64,000 nucleotides of DNA from Candidatus Nomurabacteria bacterium (GCA_023898605.1 CP060230.1:530444-594443), one strand, 5' to 3'. Counted from the first letter of the stretch, positions 46,542 through 56,969 are shown. Numbers and translations: made by a program. The notes: a model not told the origin generated them from the sequence alone.

Positions 46542-47108
46542 ATGAAAAAAACTTTAGTACCAATTGTCTCTGTAGTGGCAATTGTCCTATCTTTCTCTTA
46601 TATCTTTTCAACAGATAAATTTATAGGAGGAATCGAGCCAGGAAATATAATGGCTCTTGTAAGAACAGCTGATCCTTGTAAAACAGGACAAAACGATGAC
46701 TATCTTCACCCTGAAAGATTTCTCAGAGCCAATGGTTCTGTCAGATGTAAAAATGGTGTTGTTATATTTGATCACCATATAACACCCAAGTTCATTAAAA
46801 CAATAATACCTTATGTTTATGAACAGACAGGCGTTAGAATTGATCTAAATGACATTGATTTTTATATCACTCTACCTGAAACAGGAGAACAAGTTGTTTA
46901 TCAAGATATATTCAACTGGACAGAAAATGGCCAAAGAGCTATTTTCAACACAAACGAACTTTTGTGGAAACAGTGGAGACCTTACCTAGAAGGAGATAGA
47001 ACACACGATTTTGGTGTTTCTATGATCCACAGACCAACTGGAACAGATGTTAGTATCGTTTTCGGAAACCACGACACTATGACACTTTACTTTGTCGGTC
47101 TACAATAA
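46542..47108 (+). CDS. Secreted hypothetical protein, paralog of the next gene (DYLHPERF...VIFDHHITPKFI family)
   Basis: Signal/TM N-terminus. About 65% identical over 150 aa to 47200-47970. Confidence 0.5.
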   Translation: MKKTLVPIVSVVAIVLSFSYIFSTDKFIGGIEPGNIMALVRTADPCKTGQNDDYLHPERFLRANGSVRCKNGVVIFDHHITPKFIKTIIPYVYEQTGVRIDLNDIDFYITLPETGEQVVYQDIFNWTENGQRAIFNTNELLWKQWRPYLEGDRTHDFGVSMIHRPTGTDVSIVFGNHDTMTLYFVGLQ

Positions 47109-47199
47109 TTTAATTCTTGAGGATTTTACAAAAAGAGGCCACACGGCCTCTTTTTGTATGGGTTTGGTATTTATTTATTTTTCTGTTTATAATTGATAT

Positions 47200-47970
47200 A
47201 TGGACAATATAGAAAATACTCAAAATAACTTTGAACCAAATTACGAAGTAGTACAAGAAATACAACAAAACGATAAAAAAGACTTCTTAAAGATATCTAT
47301 AATAGCCCTTCTTGCTTTAGTTTTGTTCCTGCTTGTATTTTTATTTGCTAGCGGATTCTTTGGCGGCAAAAAATATACAAATAATCTTTTTCCAAATCCA
47401 AATACCTTAGAAAATTTTTGGAATCAAAACTCTGAAGATGATACCGAAAACCAAAATACGGATACAGGTAGTGATGTTTATAATCCAGGTTATGGCATAG
47501 ACACGACTCCAAGCGAAAGCACAAGCAAAGATTGTAATGGTGGTAAGAACGACGATTACCTACACCCAGAAAGATTTATCAATCCAGACGGCACTCTCAA
47601 GTGCGCGGACGGTGTAGTTATATTTGATCACCAGATAACGCCAAAATTTATCCGTACTATCATCCCATATGTAAAAGCCGAGACTGGTTACGACATAGAT
47701 CTAAACTTAGTGGATTTCTACATAACACTACCCGCTACCGGCGAAGAAGTTGTATATAAAGATATATTTAATTGGTATGTAGATGGAAAAAGAACAATAT
47801 TTAACACCAACGAGCTTCTTTGGGAGAAGTGGGGGAGTTATATTGGAAATAGTCATACATATGACTTTGGCGTAAAGATGATCCACCGCCCAACCGGAGC
47901 AGATATAAGTATCATCTTCAAAGATCACACCACTATGACCTTATATTTTGATGGTTTAAATGGGAATTAG
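47200..47970 (+). CDS. Membrane-anchored hypothetical protein, paralog of the previous gene, with a longer N-terminal linker
   Basis: A TM helix, a low-complexity linker, then the conserved C-terminal domain. Confidence 0.5.
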   Translation: MDNIENTQNNFEPNYEVVQEIQQNDKKDFLKISIIALLALVLFLLVFLFASGFFGGKKYTNNLFPNPNTLENFWNQNSEDDTENQNTDTGSDVYNPGYGIDTTPSESTSKDCNGGKNDDYLHPERFINPDGTLKCADGVVIFDHQITPKFIRTIIPYVKAETGYDIDLNLVDFYITLPATGEEVVYKDIFNWYVDGKRTIFNTNELLWEKWGSYIGNSHTYDFGVKMIHRPTGADISIIFKDHTTMTLYFDGLNGN

Positions 47971-48207
47971 AATATGAAGTTAAGAAGTATATTTAAATTA
48001 CTATTGATAACAACTACTATACTCATAGCCTGTTTATTTATTGTCTTCTTTGTTCCAGTGAAGGTACAGATAAAAGAAGAGTTTGCTCAGTGTCTAGTTC
48101 CTCCTTGTGGTTCAGAAAAAGTAATAGAGTTTACTACTATCAGGGATTTTATACAATCTTATGCTGATTATAAATAATAAAAAGCTCGGAGTGATCCGAG
48201 CTTTTTA

Positions 48208-48711
48208 TTAATGAGTGGTTTTCACGTTTGGCCACGCTGGTTCCATGAGTGTTCCAGTGGCATCATAAAAACGTAAGTAATATTCTGTTCCATTTGGTAC
48301 AAGTTCATTCAAGTTGGTTGATTTACTAGTCAAATCTTGTACTTCCAGAATAGTCGCGCCGCTGACAGGGTCTTCTATTATAAGAGTGATTGGTTTTTGG
48401 TATCCGGCATAAACATCACTAAATTTTGTACTTTTTTCGATTTCGTTTATTTGAAATGACCAACCACTATCTGAAGGTGAGATAACCCCAGTACTTTCGT
48501 TTGCACTAGCGTTTGAAACAGAAGTGTTACTTACTTCTGTTTCAGTGGTAGGGGTTTCAGGAATAGGAAAATCTAACGGAATCGAATACGTGTTATTTTT
48601 TGAGTTTTGTGAACCCCTCCTTGTGAGAATTAAAATAGCTACACATATAATTGCCAAACTGAGAATTACGATAATTATCACTAACCAGTCTTTTTTATTT
48701 ATTGTTTTCAT
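48208..48711 (-). CDS. Membrane-anchored hypothetical protein
   Basis: N-terminal TM and a Ser/Thr-rich linker. Confidence 0.4.
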   Translation of the reverse strand: MKTINKKDWLVIIIVILSLAIICVAILILTRRGSQNSKNNTYSIPLDFPIPETPTTETEVSNTSVSNASANESTGVISPSDSGWSFQINEIEKSTKFSDVYAGYQKPITLIIEDPVSGATILEVQDLTSKSTNLNELVPNGTEYYLRFYDATGTLMEPAWPNVKTTH

Positions 48712-48714
48712 TTT

Positions 48715-49296
48715 TTATATGAGTTTTGAAAAATTATTTTCAATAACTTCCCAGTTTAAATTTTCGAAAAAGTCCTCGATATATTGCTTCTTACCGCTTG
48801 GCTGATAGTCGGCCACGAAAGAGTGTTCCCACATGTCTATAGCAAGTATCATGTCAGCACCACCAAGTTGTCCCAAGTGTTGCTCGTCCACCCAGCTTGC
48901 TAGAAACTTGTCTTCTTTTTTGTCGTACCAAAGTACAGCCCAACCAACACCACGAGTCATAGCAAGGGATGTAAATTCTTTTACAAATTTTTCATAAGAA
49001 CCAAAAAGTTCCATTAATCTTTTCCCAAGAGTACTTTCTGGATCAAGTGCCCTTGGTCCGCCTTGAAGAGAAGAGAAGTATATCTCATGATTTCTCATGC
49101 CGTTGTATTCGAAACTGAATCTTCTGAAGAGTTCTGCTGTTATATAAGGATCTTTTTCGCTATCAAGCTTGGACATCATATCTATTATACCGTTAGCATT
49201 TTTGACATAACCGTTATATAGACCTATGTGTTCTTCTATTGTTTTTTCGGAAATTCCTTTTAGTTTTGGGATATTAAACTCTTTGGGACTAAACAT
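48715..49296 (-). CDS. sodA: Fe/Mn superoxide dismutase
   Basis: DMWEH with full N- and C-terminal SOD domains. 193 aa. Confidence 0.9.
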   Translation of the reverse strand: MFSPKEFNIPKLKGISEKTIEEHIGLYNGYVKNANGIIDMMSKLDSEKDPYITAELFRRFSFEYNGMRNHEIYFSSLQGGPRALDPESTLGKRLMELFGSYEKFVKEFTSLAMTRGVGWAVLWYDKKEDKFLASWVDEQHLGQLGGADMILAIDMWEHSFVADYQPSGKKQYIEDFFENLNWEVIENNFSKLI

Positions 49297-49378
49297 GTTT
49301 TTGTGGTGTTAATTCTAATACTTCAATTCTAACATATAAAGCTTGTATGTAGCCTCTTTAGATTTTATTATCTAAATA

Positions 49379-50260
49379 ATGACTAATCTTACAAAAGAAA
49401 CTAAATCAGCACTTATTTTCCTCGCGTTTCTTGGGGCAGTAATATATTTTGTTTATTTTTATGTTTTTTCTACAACAAAAACAAACGCAGAAAGTTCTGA
49501 CATATTGGAGATATCTTTTTTGGACATAGGGCAGGGTGATGCAATATATATAGAGGCTCCAAACGGAAATCAGATGCTTGTCGATGTTGGACCTTCTTCT
49601 AACATTGCCTCTCCACTCAAAAAAGTTATACCAGCTTTTGATGATTATATAGACGTTGTTGTTCTTACAAATCCAGACGCAGATCATATTGCCGGACTTT
49701 CTTATATTTTAGATAACTACAATGTTGGTTTAGTTGTAGAGCCCGGAACAAAGTCTGACACCAAAACATACAAAGATTTGAGAGAAAAGATAAACGAAAA
49801 GCATGTGAAGTATATAGTTGCAAATAGTTCAACAGATATTATTTTGGACAAAGAAAGTGGAGTCTATTTCGACGTTATCTTCCCAGACAGAGATGTTTCT
49901 TATTGGGAAAGAAACGATGGATCTTTGGTTGGAGTTTTGAAGTATAAAGATGTCGATGTTTTGTTTACGGGAGATGCAACTCTAAAGACAGAAGATATTT
50001 TTTTGAAAAACGAGAATTTAGAAGGTGTCGATATACTGAAAGTCGGACACCATGGATCTAGGACTTCTACGGGAGTGTCCCTTCTTCGTGAAATAACTCC
50101 AGAAATTGCCGTTATTTCTTCTGGTAAAAACAATCGATACGGGCACCCGCACCAAGAAGTTATAGATAGATTAAACGATTTTGAAGTAGAAACTTTACTT
50201 ACTGCTAAACTTGGCACTATTACAATTTTGTCGGATGGACATACTTTGGATATAAAATAA
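49379..50260 (+). CDS. ComEC-C-type metallo-beta-lactamase fold hydrolase with N-terminal TM
   Basis: LDIGQGDA, HPDADHIAG, GDA and VGHHGS motifs. Confidence 0.7.
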   Translation: MTNLTKETKSALIFLAFLGAVIYFVYFYVFSTTKTNAESSDILEISFLDIGQGDAIYIEAPNGNQMLVDVGPSSNIASPLKKVIPAFDDYIDVVVLTNPDADHIAGLSYILDNYNVGLVVEPGTKSDTKTYKDLREKINEKHVKYIVANSSTDIILDKESGVYFDVIFPDRDVSYWERNDGSLVGVLKYKDVDVLFTGDATLKTEDIFLKNENLEGVDILKVGHHGSRTSTGVSLLREITPEIAVISSGKNNRYGHPHQEVIDRLNDFEVETLLTAKLGTITILSDGHTLDIK

Positions 50261-50471
50261 AAGAAAAAAGCGTCTTACCTTCTAAAGACGCTTTTTTCTT
50301 TTATCTCGGGATAGGAGACCGAGAAACTAGTAATATTTTAAACCTGTCCGCCGGTGTCGCAAGAGTCGATTTCTCGACTGGCAGATTGCCTTTTTCGGCG
50401 TACACTTTATAAGACACAACAGATTTATAAATCTTACACTTTTTACAAAAATAACTTTTTACCCTATAAAA

Positions 50472-50487
50472 TGCTATAATATAAGGA
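50472..50487 (+). promoter_or_regulatory. Extended -10 promoter element (TGCTATAAT) upstream of the ECF sigma gene
   Basis: TGcTATAAT at 50472-50480. It is identical over 15 nt to the -10 region at 2385-2399. Confidence 0.4.
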
Positions 50488-50521
50488 CTTTTAGGGATAA
50501 TGTAAGATTTTCCCCTTATAA

Positions 50522-51046
50522 GTGTCTTTTGTTATGGAGGAGGACTACACAATACAAACATTTGAGTCTATATTTGAGGACTACTCCGATAGTATCTTTA
50601 GGCACTTTGTCTTCAAAATAAGTGATAGAGATCGGTCCAAAGAACTAACTCAAGAAGTATTCATGAGACTCTGGAAGACTATGTCTTCTGGAGAAGCTAT
50701 AGATAATCCAAAGAGCTTTCTTTATAAAATCGCTCACAATCTATATGTAAACGAATACCGAGATAGAAAAAACCATAGATCCCTAGAGGAATCTATGGAA
50801 CAAGGTTTCGACGTAGAAGGAGAAACCGAGCAAGATATATTTGATAACATTTCTACCGAAGAAGTAATCAAGCTGTTCGAAGAACTAAAGCCTTCATATA
50901 GGGAAGTTCTGACCATGAAACTTGTTGATGAATATTCGGTCAAGGAAATTTCTGAAATTTTAGGAGAGACAGAAAACTCTGTTTCCGTAAGACTTCACAG
51001 GGCGATTCAAAAGATAAAAACAATATTAGAAAATCATGACATTTAA
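50522..51046 (+). CDS. ECF-type sigma-70 family RNA polymerase sigma factor
   Basis: Region 2 (FRHFVFKISDRDRSKELTQEVFMRLW) and region 4 HTH (YSVKEISEILGETENSVSVRLHRA). Confidence 0.8.
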   Translation: MSFVMEEDYTIQTFESIFEDYSDSIFRHFVFKISDRDRSKELTQEVFMRLWKTMSSGEAIDNPKSFLYKIAHNLYVNEYRDRKNHRSLEESMEQGFDVEGETEQDIFDNISTEEVIKLFEELKPSYREVLTMKLVDEYSVKEISEILGETENSVSVRLHRAIQKIKTILENHDI

Positions 51047-52199
51047 AGACCAAAAAAACCAAATAAAGCTTTCATCTGATGAAAAAAATCAGATGTATTG
51101 GTCTATCAGACTAAGAAATCAAATTCTTTCTTCAAAAAGAAGGAGTGTTTCTAGTTTCTCATTTTTTGCCGCACACCCGATGTTTAGAATTGTAGGTGCA
51201 GTTGTTTTGGTTTTCTTCACTCTTGGAGGAACAGTTTCTGCTTTTGCAGAACAGGCTATTCCCGGAGAGACTTTTTATAATGTAAAAACAAATGTTAACG
51301 AAAGAGTTGTAAATGCATTTAAACTAACAACAGAAGCAAAAACTGCTCACGAAACACAACTTATCGAAAGAAGATTTGAAGAAGTAAAAAAGGTTCTAGA
51401 AAAAGAAAGTATTTCAAATGATCAAAAGGCAGAACTCGTTTCTAGTCTTCAGGATGATGTAAAGAAGCACAAAGATAGAGTAGTCAAAAATGTATCTATC
51501 TTGAGAGAAGAAGGAAAAAGCGGCAAGGCTCTAACCCTTCTATCTGAAGCTGAAAAGGTTATCGAAGTAAAATCAAACTCTATTTCTTCTGACGGAGAAA
51601 ATAGTGATGATCAAAACATCGTAGAAATAGTAGATGGATTCAAGAAATCTATGGCAGAAGTAAGTACTGAAGCTGTAGAGGAATCAAACAATATAGTTTC
51701 TGAAATCAAAACAGGAGACAGCATAAAAATAGAAGAAGACCTGTCCGCGATTCAAGAGAAACTCTCTTCTACATTTTCAGATTTTTCTAGACTATATTAC
51801 TTGCCAAAGACACAAAGCTCGATAGATCCAGAGTTCGAAGAGTCTATTGATCTTCTTTTCGAGGAAGCGAGAGATCTTGCAAATAAGGCTGACGAGTTAT
51901 ATCAAGACTCAGAAATAAACGATGCTATAGATATGTACAAGCAAGCGTTTGATATCATAAGCAAAGCTTTGATTTCTCTAGAAACAGAAATGGACAATAT
52001 AAATTCAAAACCAAAAGCTCCAAAAGAGGAAATAGAAGAGGTTGTTGGAGAAGAAGAGGTGATAGAAGAAACTCCAGTTGAGATAGTAGAACCAGCAGTA
52101 GACGAAAAGCCAGAAGAAAATAATATAACCGAAATACCAAAAGAAGCTTCTGTTATAAACTCACAAACAGTCGATACAAGAAACGCTTCTATAAATTAA
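51036..52199 (+). CDS. Putative anti-sigma factor / membrane protein (single TM, coiled-coil ectodomain)
   Basis: Overlaps the sigma gene stop. N-terminal cytoplasmic segment, then a TM helix. The assignment is by context only. Confidence 0.4.
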   Translation: MTFKDQKNQIKLSSDEKNQMYWSIRLRNQILSSKRRSVSSFSFFAAHPMFRIVGAVVLVFFTLGGTVSAFAEQAIPGETFYNVKTNVNERVVNAFKLTTEAKTAHETQLIERRFEEVKKVLEKESISNDQKAELVSSLQDDVKKHKDRVVKNVSILREEGKSGKALTLLSEAEKVIEVKSNSISSDGENSDDQNIVEIVDGFKKSMAEVSTEAVEESNNIVSEIKTGDSIKIEEDLSAIQEKLSSTFSDFSRLYYLPKTQSSIDPEFEESIDLLFEEARDLANKADELYQDSEINDAIDMYKQAFDIISKALISLETEMDNINSKPKAPKEEIEEVVGEEEVIEETPVEIVEPAVDEKPEENNITEIPKEASVINSQTVDTRNASIN

Positions 52200-52225
52200 A
52201 AAATCCGAGTATCTAACTCGGATTT

Positions 52226-52468
52226 TTATATAAGACCTGCTTTCTTTAGTGTATTGTAGGCGCCATTTTTGTTTATAGTTTTGATCGCCTTTGTTGAAAT
52301 ATTGAGTGTCAGAGTTTTTCCTATTTCAGGAACAAAAATCCTCTTTTTTTGAAGGTTTGCATACTTCCTCTTTTTTCCAGTTGGATTGAATTTAGTAGCA
52401 CGAACTCTGTTTGAGTATCCGCCAGCTACTTTTGAGGACTTTTCAGTTATTGGACATTTCTTTGCCAT
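52226..52468 (-). CDS. rpmB: 50S ribosomal protein L28
   Basis: MAKKCPITEKSSKVAGGYSNRV..TKFNPTGKKR is the L28 pattern. The ORF track has an upstream extension. Confidence 0.7.
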   Translation of the reverse strand: MAKKCPITEKSSKVAGGYSNRVRATKFNPTGKKRKYANLQKKRIFVPEIGKTLTLNISTKAIKTINKNGAYNTLKKAGLI

Positions 52469-52528
52469 ACGAGGGATTATGTTATCATAAGTACTGATAC
52501 AAGGCAATAGCCTGTAGTTTTATGGATT

Positions 52529-53131
52529 ATGGAGTCAATTTTTCTTATAGCAATAATTATATTTTCTGTAGTTATACATGAAGTCGCCCATGGATATGTG
52601 GCTTATAAACTCGGTGATATGACCGCGTATTATCAGGGGAGACTGACTCTCAATCCTATAAAACATCTAGATATGTTTGGCTCTATTATTTTGCCGGCAC
52701 TCCTTGTTATTAGCGGGACAGGTTTTTTGTTTGGTTGGGCAAAGCCGGTTCCTTATAATCCAAACAACATAAGAGGTAAAAAGGGTGCACTTTTTCTTGT
52801 TTCTGCTGCAGGTATATTTGTGAATCTTACAGTGGCGGTTGTTTTTGCGCTTGTTTTAAAACTTTTTGCAATAATTGGATTAGCCTCTATCGCCATAACA
52901 TATATATTTTCTTCCATTATAATGATCAACATTATTTTGGCAGTTTTCAACCTTATGCCTATTCCTCCACTTGATGGGTCTAAAATACTAGCTTCATTTT
53001 TCGGAGCTAGAGGAGAAATGATTCTTTATAAGTTTGAAAAGTATTCTTTTTTATTGGTTATTGCTTTCGTTATTTTCTTGTGGCCTTTTATTTCTTCTTT
53101 TGTGAGCATAATATTTGATTTTCTTGTATAA
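52529..53131 (+). CDS. Site-2 protease family (M50) membrane metalloprotease
   Basis: HEVAHG HExxH motif within a TM helix. Multi-TM, 200 aa. Confidence 0.7.
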   Translation: MESIFLIAIIIFSVVIHEVAHGYVAYKLGDMTAYYQGRLTLNPIKHLDMFGSIILPALLVISGTGFLFGWAKPVPYNPNNIRGKKGALFLVSAAGIFVNLTVAVVFALVLKLFAIIGLASIAITYIFSSIIMINIILAVFNLMPIPPLDGSKILASFFGARGEMILYKFEKYSFLLVIAFVIFLWPFISSFVSIIFDFLV

Positions 53132-53149
53132 TTTTAGATATAGGAACTT

Positions 53150-54910
53150 ATGTATATTTTTTCTAGAAAAAACTTACTAAAAATTTTTATTCTGACTTGT
53201 TTTATAGCACTGCCTTTTTCGAAAGTTTTTGCAGCAGAAATATACGATGATTACAGGTATGCAGTGATACTGGAAGATAGTAGTCGTATAAATATGAAAA
53301 CCGACTACGGTGTAAATGTTTACAATAGCTCTGTTACCGGTTATGCATGGAGTGAAAATTATGGATGGATAAACTTCGATCCTTCTGGTGATGAGGGTGT
53401 AGAAAACAACAACGGAACACTTCTTGGCTACGCCTGGGGAGAAAATTTAGGATGGATAAACTTTGCTCCAACAAATGGTGGAGTAACAATAGATTCTGAC
53501 GGATATTGGCACGGTTATGCATGGAGCGAGAAAGTTGGATGGATTGCTTTCAACTGTAGCGAATCAACACTCTGTGACACATACAAAGTTAGATCACAGT
53601 GGACATCTAACGGTGCATCTGGCGGCGGCGGAGGTTCATCTGGTGGCGGATCTTCTACTACAACAGAAGAGCCGCCCGTAATACCTCCTACTGTAGAGAA
53701 TCCACCAGTAGATTCTGGAGATACTACTCCTATAAACAACAATGATAATCCTGGAAACGATGGAGACATCTCTAGCCCAGATATAGATACTCCCGTACCA
53801 CCAATTCCTCCTATAGAGGAACCAGATATTCCTCTTCCTACTGAGGACAATGTTCCAGATAACTTCAATCCTTTTTCGGACGCAGTTTTGAGTAGCATTT
53901 CTATACTTGAAGATATAATAATCTCCACACTTTCGCTTGCTGAAAACATAGTGTCTTCTCCAGAAGGAGATACAACTGTAAAAATAGTAACAACTCTAGG
54001 TATTATCTTTGCAGGTATTTCTTCTATGATATCTGTAATGTTTGCCAACCCTCTATCTATATCTGAGATAGTTTTGATACCAGTTAGACTTTGGTCACTT
54101 CTTTTGACTGCTCTTGGTATAAGAAAGAAAAACAAACCTTGGGGTGTTGTATATGATGCTGTAACAAAGCAACCACTAGACCCGGTTTACGTTACTCTTT
54201 TTGACGAGATGAATAGCGAAGTTGGGAGCACTATAACTGATATTGACGGTAGATACGGATTCTTTGTTAGTCGTGGTAGATACAGAGTAGTACCTGGTAA
54301 AACTCACTATAGTTTTCCGTCTAGTCTTATGGCCGGCAAAGACAAAGACGAACTTTATAACGATATATATCACGGAGAAATTTTTGAAATCACAAGTGAT
54401 GAATCTATTATTACAAAAAACATTCCTATGGATCCAGTTGGTTTTGACTGGAATGAATATGCAAAGAGTCAAAAAAATCTGAATCTATTCTACTCTAGAA
54501 TGGATAAATTCTTGGCAGTATTTTCAGACGTGTTGTTTGTTCTAGGTTTTGCTATTTCTATAATTGCTACAACCGTTTCTCCTGTTTTGTATAACATAAT
54601 CATAATGTCTCTATACGTAGTCATGCTATTTTTGAAAGAAACTGTTTTGAGACCAAAACCACAAGGAAGAATAATTTTTGGAGGTGAACCACTTGCTTTT
54701 GCTATTGTAAAAGTTTATGACGCAAACACCGGCATGATGATTGGTAAAAAACCTACAAATAAAAATGGAGCATTCTATCTACTAGTAGGAAAGGGAACAT
54801 ATTACTTAACTATCGACAAAAAACTAGATGACGGTACTTATCAAGAAGTACACAAAACAAGCAGTTTTGAGGCAAAAACTGGTTATATAGACCAAAAAAT
54901 ATCTTTTTAA
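53150..54910 (+). CDS. Surface/membrane protein with three GYAWSEN.GWI.F repeats, a Gly/Ser/Pro-rich linker, TM segments and a carboxypeptidase-regulatory-like beta-sandwich domain
   Basis: GYAWSENYGWINFDPS, GYAWGENLGWINFAPT and GYAWSEKVGWIAFNCS. DGRYGF and KNGAFYLLVGKGTYYLTI motifs lie near the C-terminus. Confidence 0.6.
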   Translation: MYIFSRKNLLKIFILTCFIALPFSKVFAAEIYDDYRYAVILEDSSRINMKTDYGVNVYNSSVTGYAWSENYGWINFDPSGDEGVENNNGTLLGYAWGENLGWINFAPTNGGVTIDSDGYWHGYAWSEKVGWIAFNCSESTLCDTYKVRSQWTSNGASGGGGGSSGGGSSTTTEEPPVIPPTVENPPVDSGDTTPINNNDNPGNDGDISSPDIDTPVPPIPPIEEPDIPLPTEDNVPDNFNPFSDAVLSSISILEDIIISTLSLAENIVSSPEGDTTVKIVTTLGIIFAGISSMISVMFANPLSISEIVLIPVRLWSLLLTALGIRKKNKPWGVVYDAVTKQPLDPVYVTLFDEMNSEVGSTITDIDGRYGFFVSRGRYRVVPGKTHYSFPSSLMAGKDKDELYNDIYHGEIFEITSDESIITKNIPMDPVGFDWNEYAKSQKNLNLFYSRMDKFLAVFSDVLFVLGFAISIIATTVSPVLYNIIIMSLYVVMLFLKETVLRPKPQGRIIFGGEPLAFAIVKVYDANTGMMIGKKPTNKNGAFYLLVGKGTYYLTIDKKLDDGTYQEVHKTSSFEAKTGYIDQKISF

Positions 54911-54970
54911 GAACTTAACTGTTAAAAACTAATTTTTCTGTTATTTTGACACTAATTTTGGTGTTACAAT

Positions 54971-56875
54971 ATGTGTATGTTTAGAAGAGCAAAGATTTTT
55001 GTAACGCTACTTATGATAGGGTTCTTTTGTTTTGCTGTGTACTCTTCTTATGCAACTCCTCCTTCTTCAAAATATACTGCAGGGGAAACTCTAAACCCAA
55101 CTTGTTCTCCGGGAGATACAAATTGTAGCGTCGTACCTCTAAGCATAGGAGACGAAATAGGTTCTTCTACAAGTGGCTCTATACTTTTTGCGGATTCTTC
55201 TGGTAATCTTGCTCAAGATAACTCTAAACTTTTCTGGGATGATACAAATAACAGATTTGGTATCGGAACAACTACTCCAAGTTTTGAGATATCAGTTGTC
55301 GACGCTACTTCTGATGGAGTTATAAATATAGATGCATATGCTGGTAAAAAACCAGTCTTTGGTGGTAGATCAGTAAACGGTACAACCGCTTCGCCAAGTA
55401 ATACACTTCAAAACGATATAATCGCAGAGTTTGCAGGTGCTGGTTATGGAGACACTGGATTTTCTGCTTCTTCTACTGGCTCAATTAGAATGATCGCCGC
55501 AGAAGACTTCGATGATTCTTCTTTTGGAACAAATATCTCTTTTAGAACAACAAACATAGGTTCTACATCACTTACTGCCAAGGCAATAATTACATCAGAA
55601 GGTTTATTTGGTATAGGAACAGAATCTCCGAGCGCGGTTCTGGATTTTGGCGGCTTATTTTCTCCAAGTACTACGTTTCAAACTATTCGTACAAACAACA
55701 CAATCCAACCGACAACTAGCATCTCAAACATATTTGCTATAAATAACAACATGAACATAGCCGGCTCTGCTTCGGGGATAACTTTGACAAACCTTATCGC
55801 CAACAGATCGACTATAAACACTTCTGGTTCTTGGACTGGCACTGTTGGAAGTATGTATAACTTTTATGCAAACAACGGAACAAATTCTTCTTCTGGCTCA
55901 CCAACTATAAACACTTACTACGGCTTCTATACAGAAGACCTGACTATAGGTACAAGCAACTTTGGTTTTGTTGGAGAAGTTTCTTCTGGTGGAAACAAGT
56001 GGAACCTATATATGTCTGGAACTGCTGACAATTATTTGGCGGGGGATACTGGTATCGGGGATTCGACACCGGACTATCTTCTAGATGTAGAAAATGCATC
56101 GGTAGACACCGACTTGTTTTCTCTGCGAGACTCTGACGGTGCTTGTCTACACAATCCAGAGTCTGGAGCCGAAACAGTAAGTTGTTCTTCTGATGAAAGA
56201 CTAAAGACAAATATAGAAGATGCAGACTCCGTACTTTCTTCTCTCCGAAAATACAGGATAAGAGAATATGATGTTATTGCTTCGGGTGATCACCTTGTGG
56301 GAATTATTGCGCAAGAAGCTCTCAAAACTCATCCAGAAATAGTAAATCTTGGTCCAGACGGATACTATACTGTTGACCTCCCAAACTCTTGGACACTAGT
56401 AAAAGCAATACAAGAATTGGATCAAGAAATCACAGATATCAATTCTTTCGACATAGAAACAAAAGGAAGTTTTTATAACACTTTGGTTTCTTGGCTTGGT
56501 GATAGAGCAAATGGTATTGCAGAAATATTTTCAAAGAAACTTGTTACAGAAGAACTTTGTCTGGAAGATGTTTGTATCGACAAGAATGACCTAAAGAATC
56601 TCCTAGAAAAAAATAGTGGAAGTAACACTGTTATATACGTAGGCGGAGGATCATCTTCTGGTGGTAATGAAGAAGAGAGCGATGTAGAAGATGGCGAAGG
56701 AGAAGTTTTGGGTGAAGAAATAGACAATATAGAGGAAGAGGCAGTAGAAGATGGAGCAGTAGAAGACGAAGTCATAGAGGAAGAGCCTATAGAAGAAGTT
56801 ATAGAGGAGTTACCGGTAGTAGAGGAGGAAATACCAGTAGAGTTCGAAGAGCCAACCTCTCCAGAAGGTGAATAA
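54971..56875 (+). CDS. Tail-fibre-like secreted protein with C-terminal peptidase S74 intramolecular-chaperone autoprocessing domain and acidic tail
   Basis: SDERLKTNIEDADSVLSSLRKYRIREYDV ... GIIAQEALKTHPEIV matches the S74/endosialidase chaperone domain motifs. N-terminal signal/TM. Confidence 0.55.
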   Translation: MCMFRRAKIFVTLLMIGFFCFAVYSSYATPPSSKYTAGETLNPTCSPGDTNCSVVPLSIGDEIGSSTSGSILFADSSGNLAQDNSKLFWDDTNNRFGIGTTTPSFEISVVDATSDGVINIDAYAGKKPVFGGRSVNGTTASPSNTLQNDIIAEFAGAGYGDTGFSASSTGSIRMIAAEDFDDSSFGTNISFRTTNIGSTSLTAKAIITSEGLFGIGTESPSAVLDFGGLFSPSTTFQTIRTNNTIQPTTSISNIFAINNNMNIAGSASGITLTNLIANRSTINTSGSWTGTVGSMYNFYANNGTNSSSGSPTINTYYGFYTEDLTIGTSNFGFVGEVSSGGNKWNLYMSGTADNYLAGDTGIGDSTPDYLLDVENASVDTDLFSLRDSDGACLHNPESGAETVSCSSDERLKTNIEDADSVLSSLRKYRIREYDVIASGDHLVGIIAQEALKTHPEIVNLGPDGYYTVDLPNSWTLVKAIQELDQEITDINSFDIETKGSFYNTLVSWLGDRANGIAEIFSKKLVTEELCLEDVCIDKNDLKNLLEKNSGSNTVIYVGGGSSSGGNEEESDVEDGEGEVLGEEIDNIEEEAVEDGAVEDEVIEEEPIEEVIEELPVVEEEIPVEFEEPTSPEGE

Positions 56876-56969
56876 GCCTTATTCTTTCAGGTTTTGCTTG
56901 CAAAAAATATAGATATATAGTAGAGTATCTCGGACGTGGCTTTAAGTGGTCCCGTTTTTTAGATTAAAT

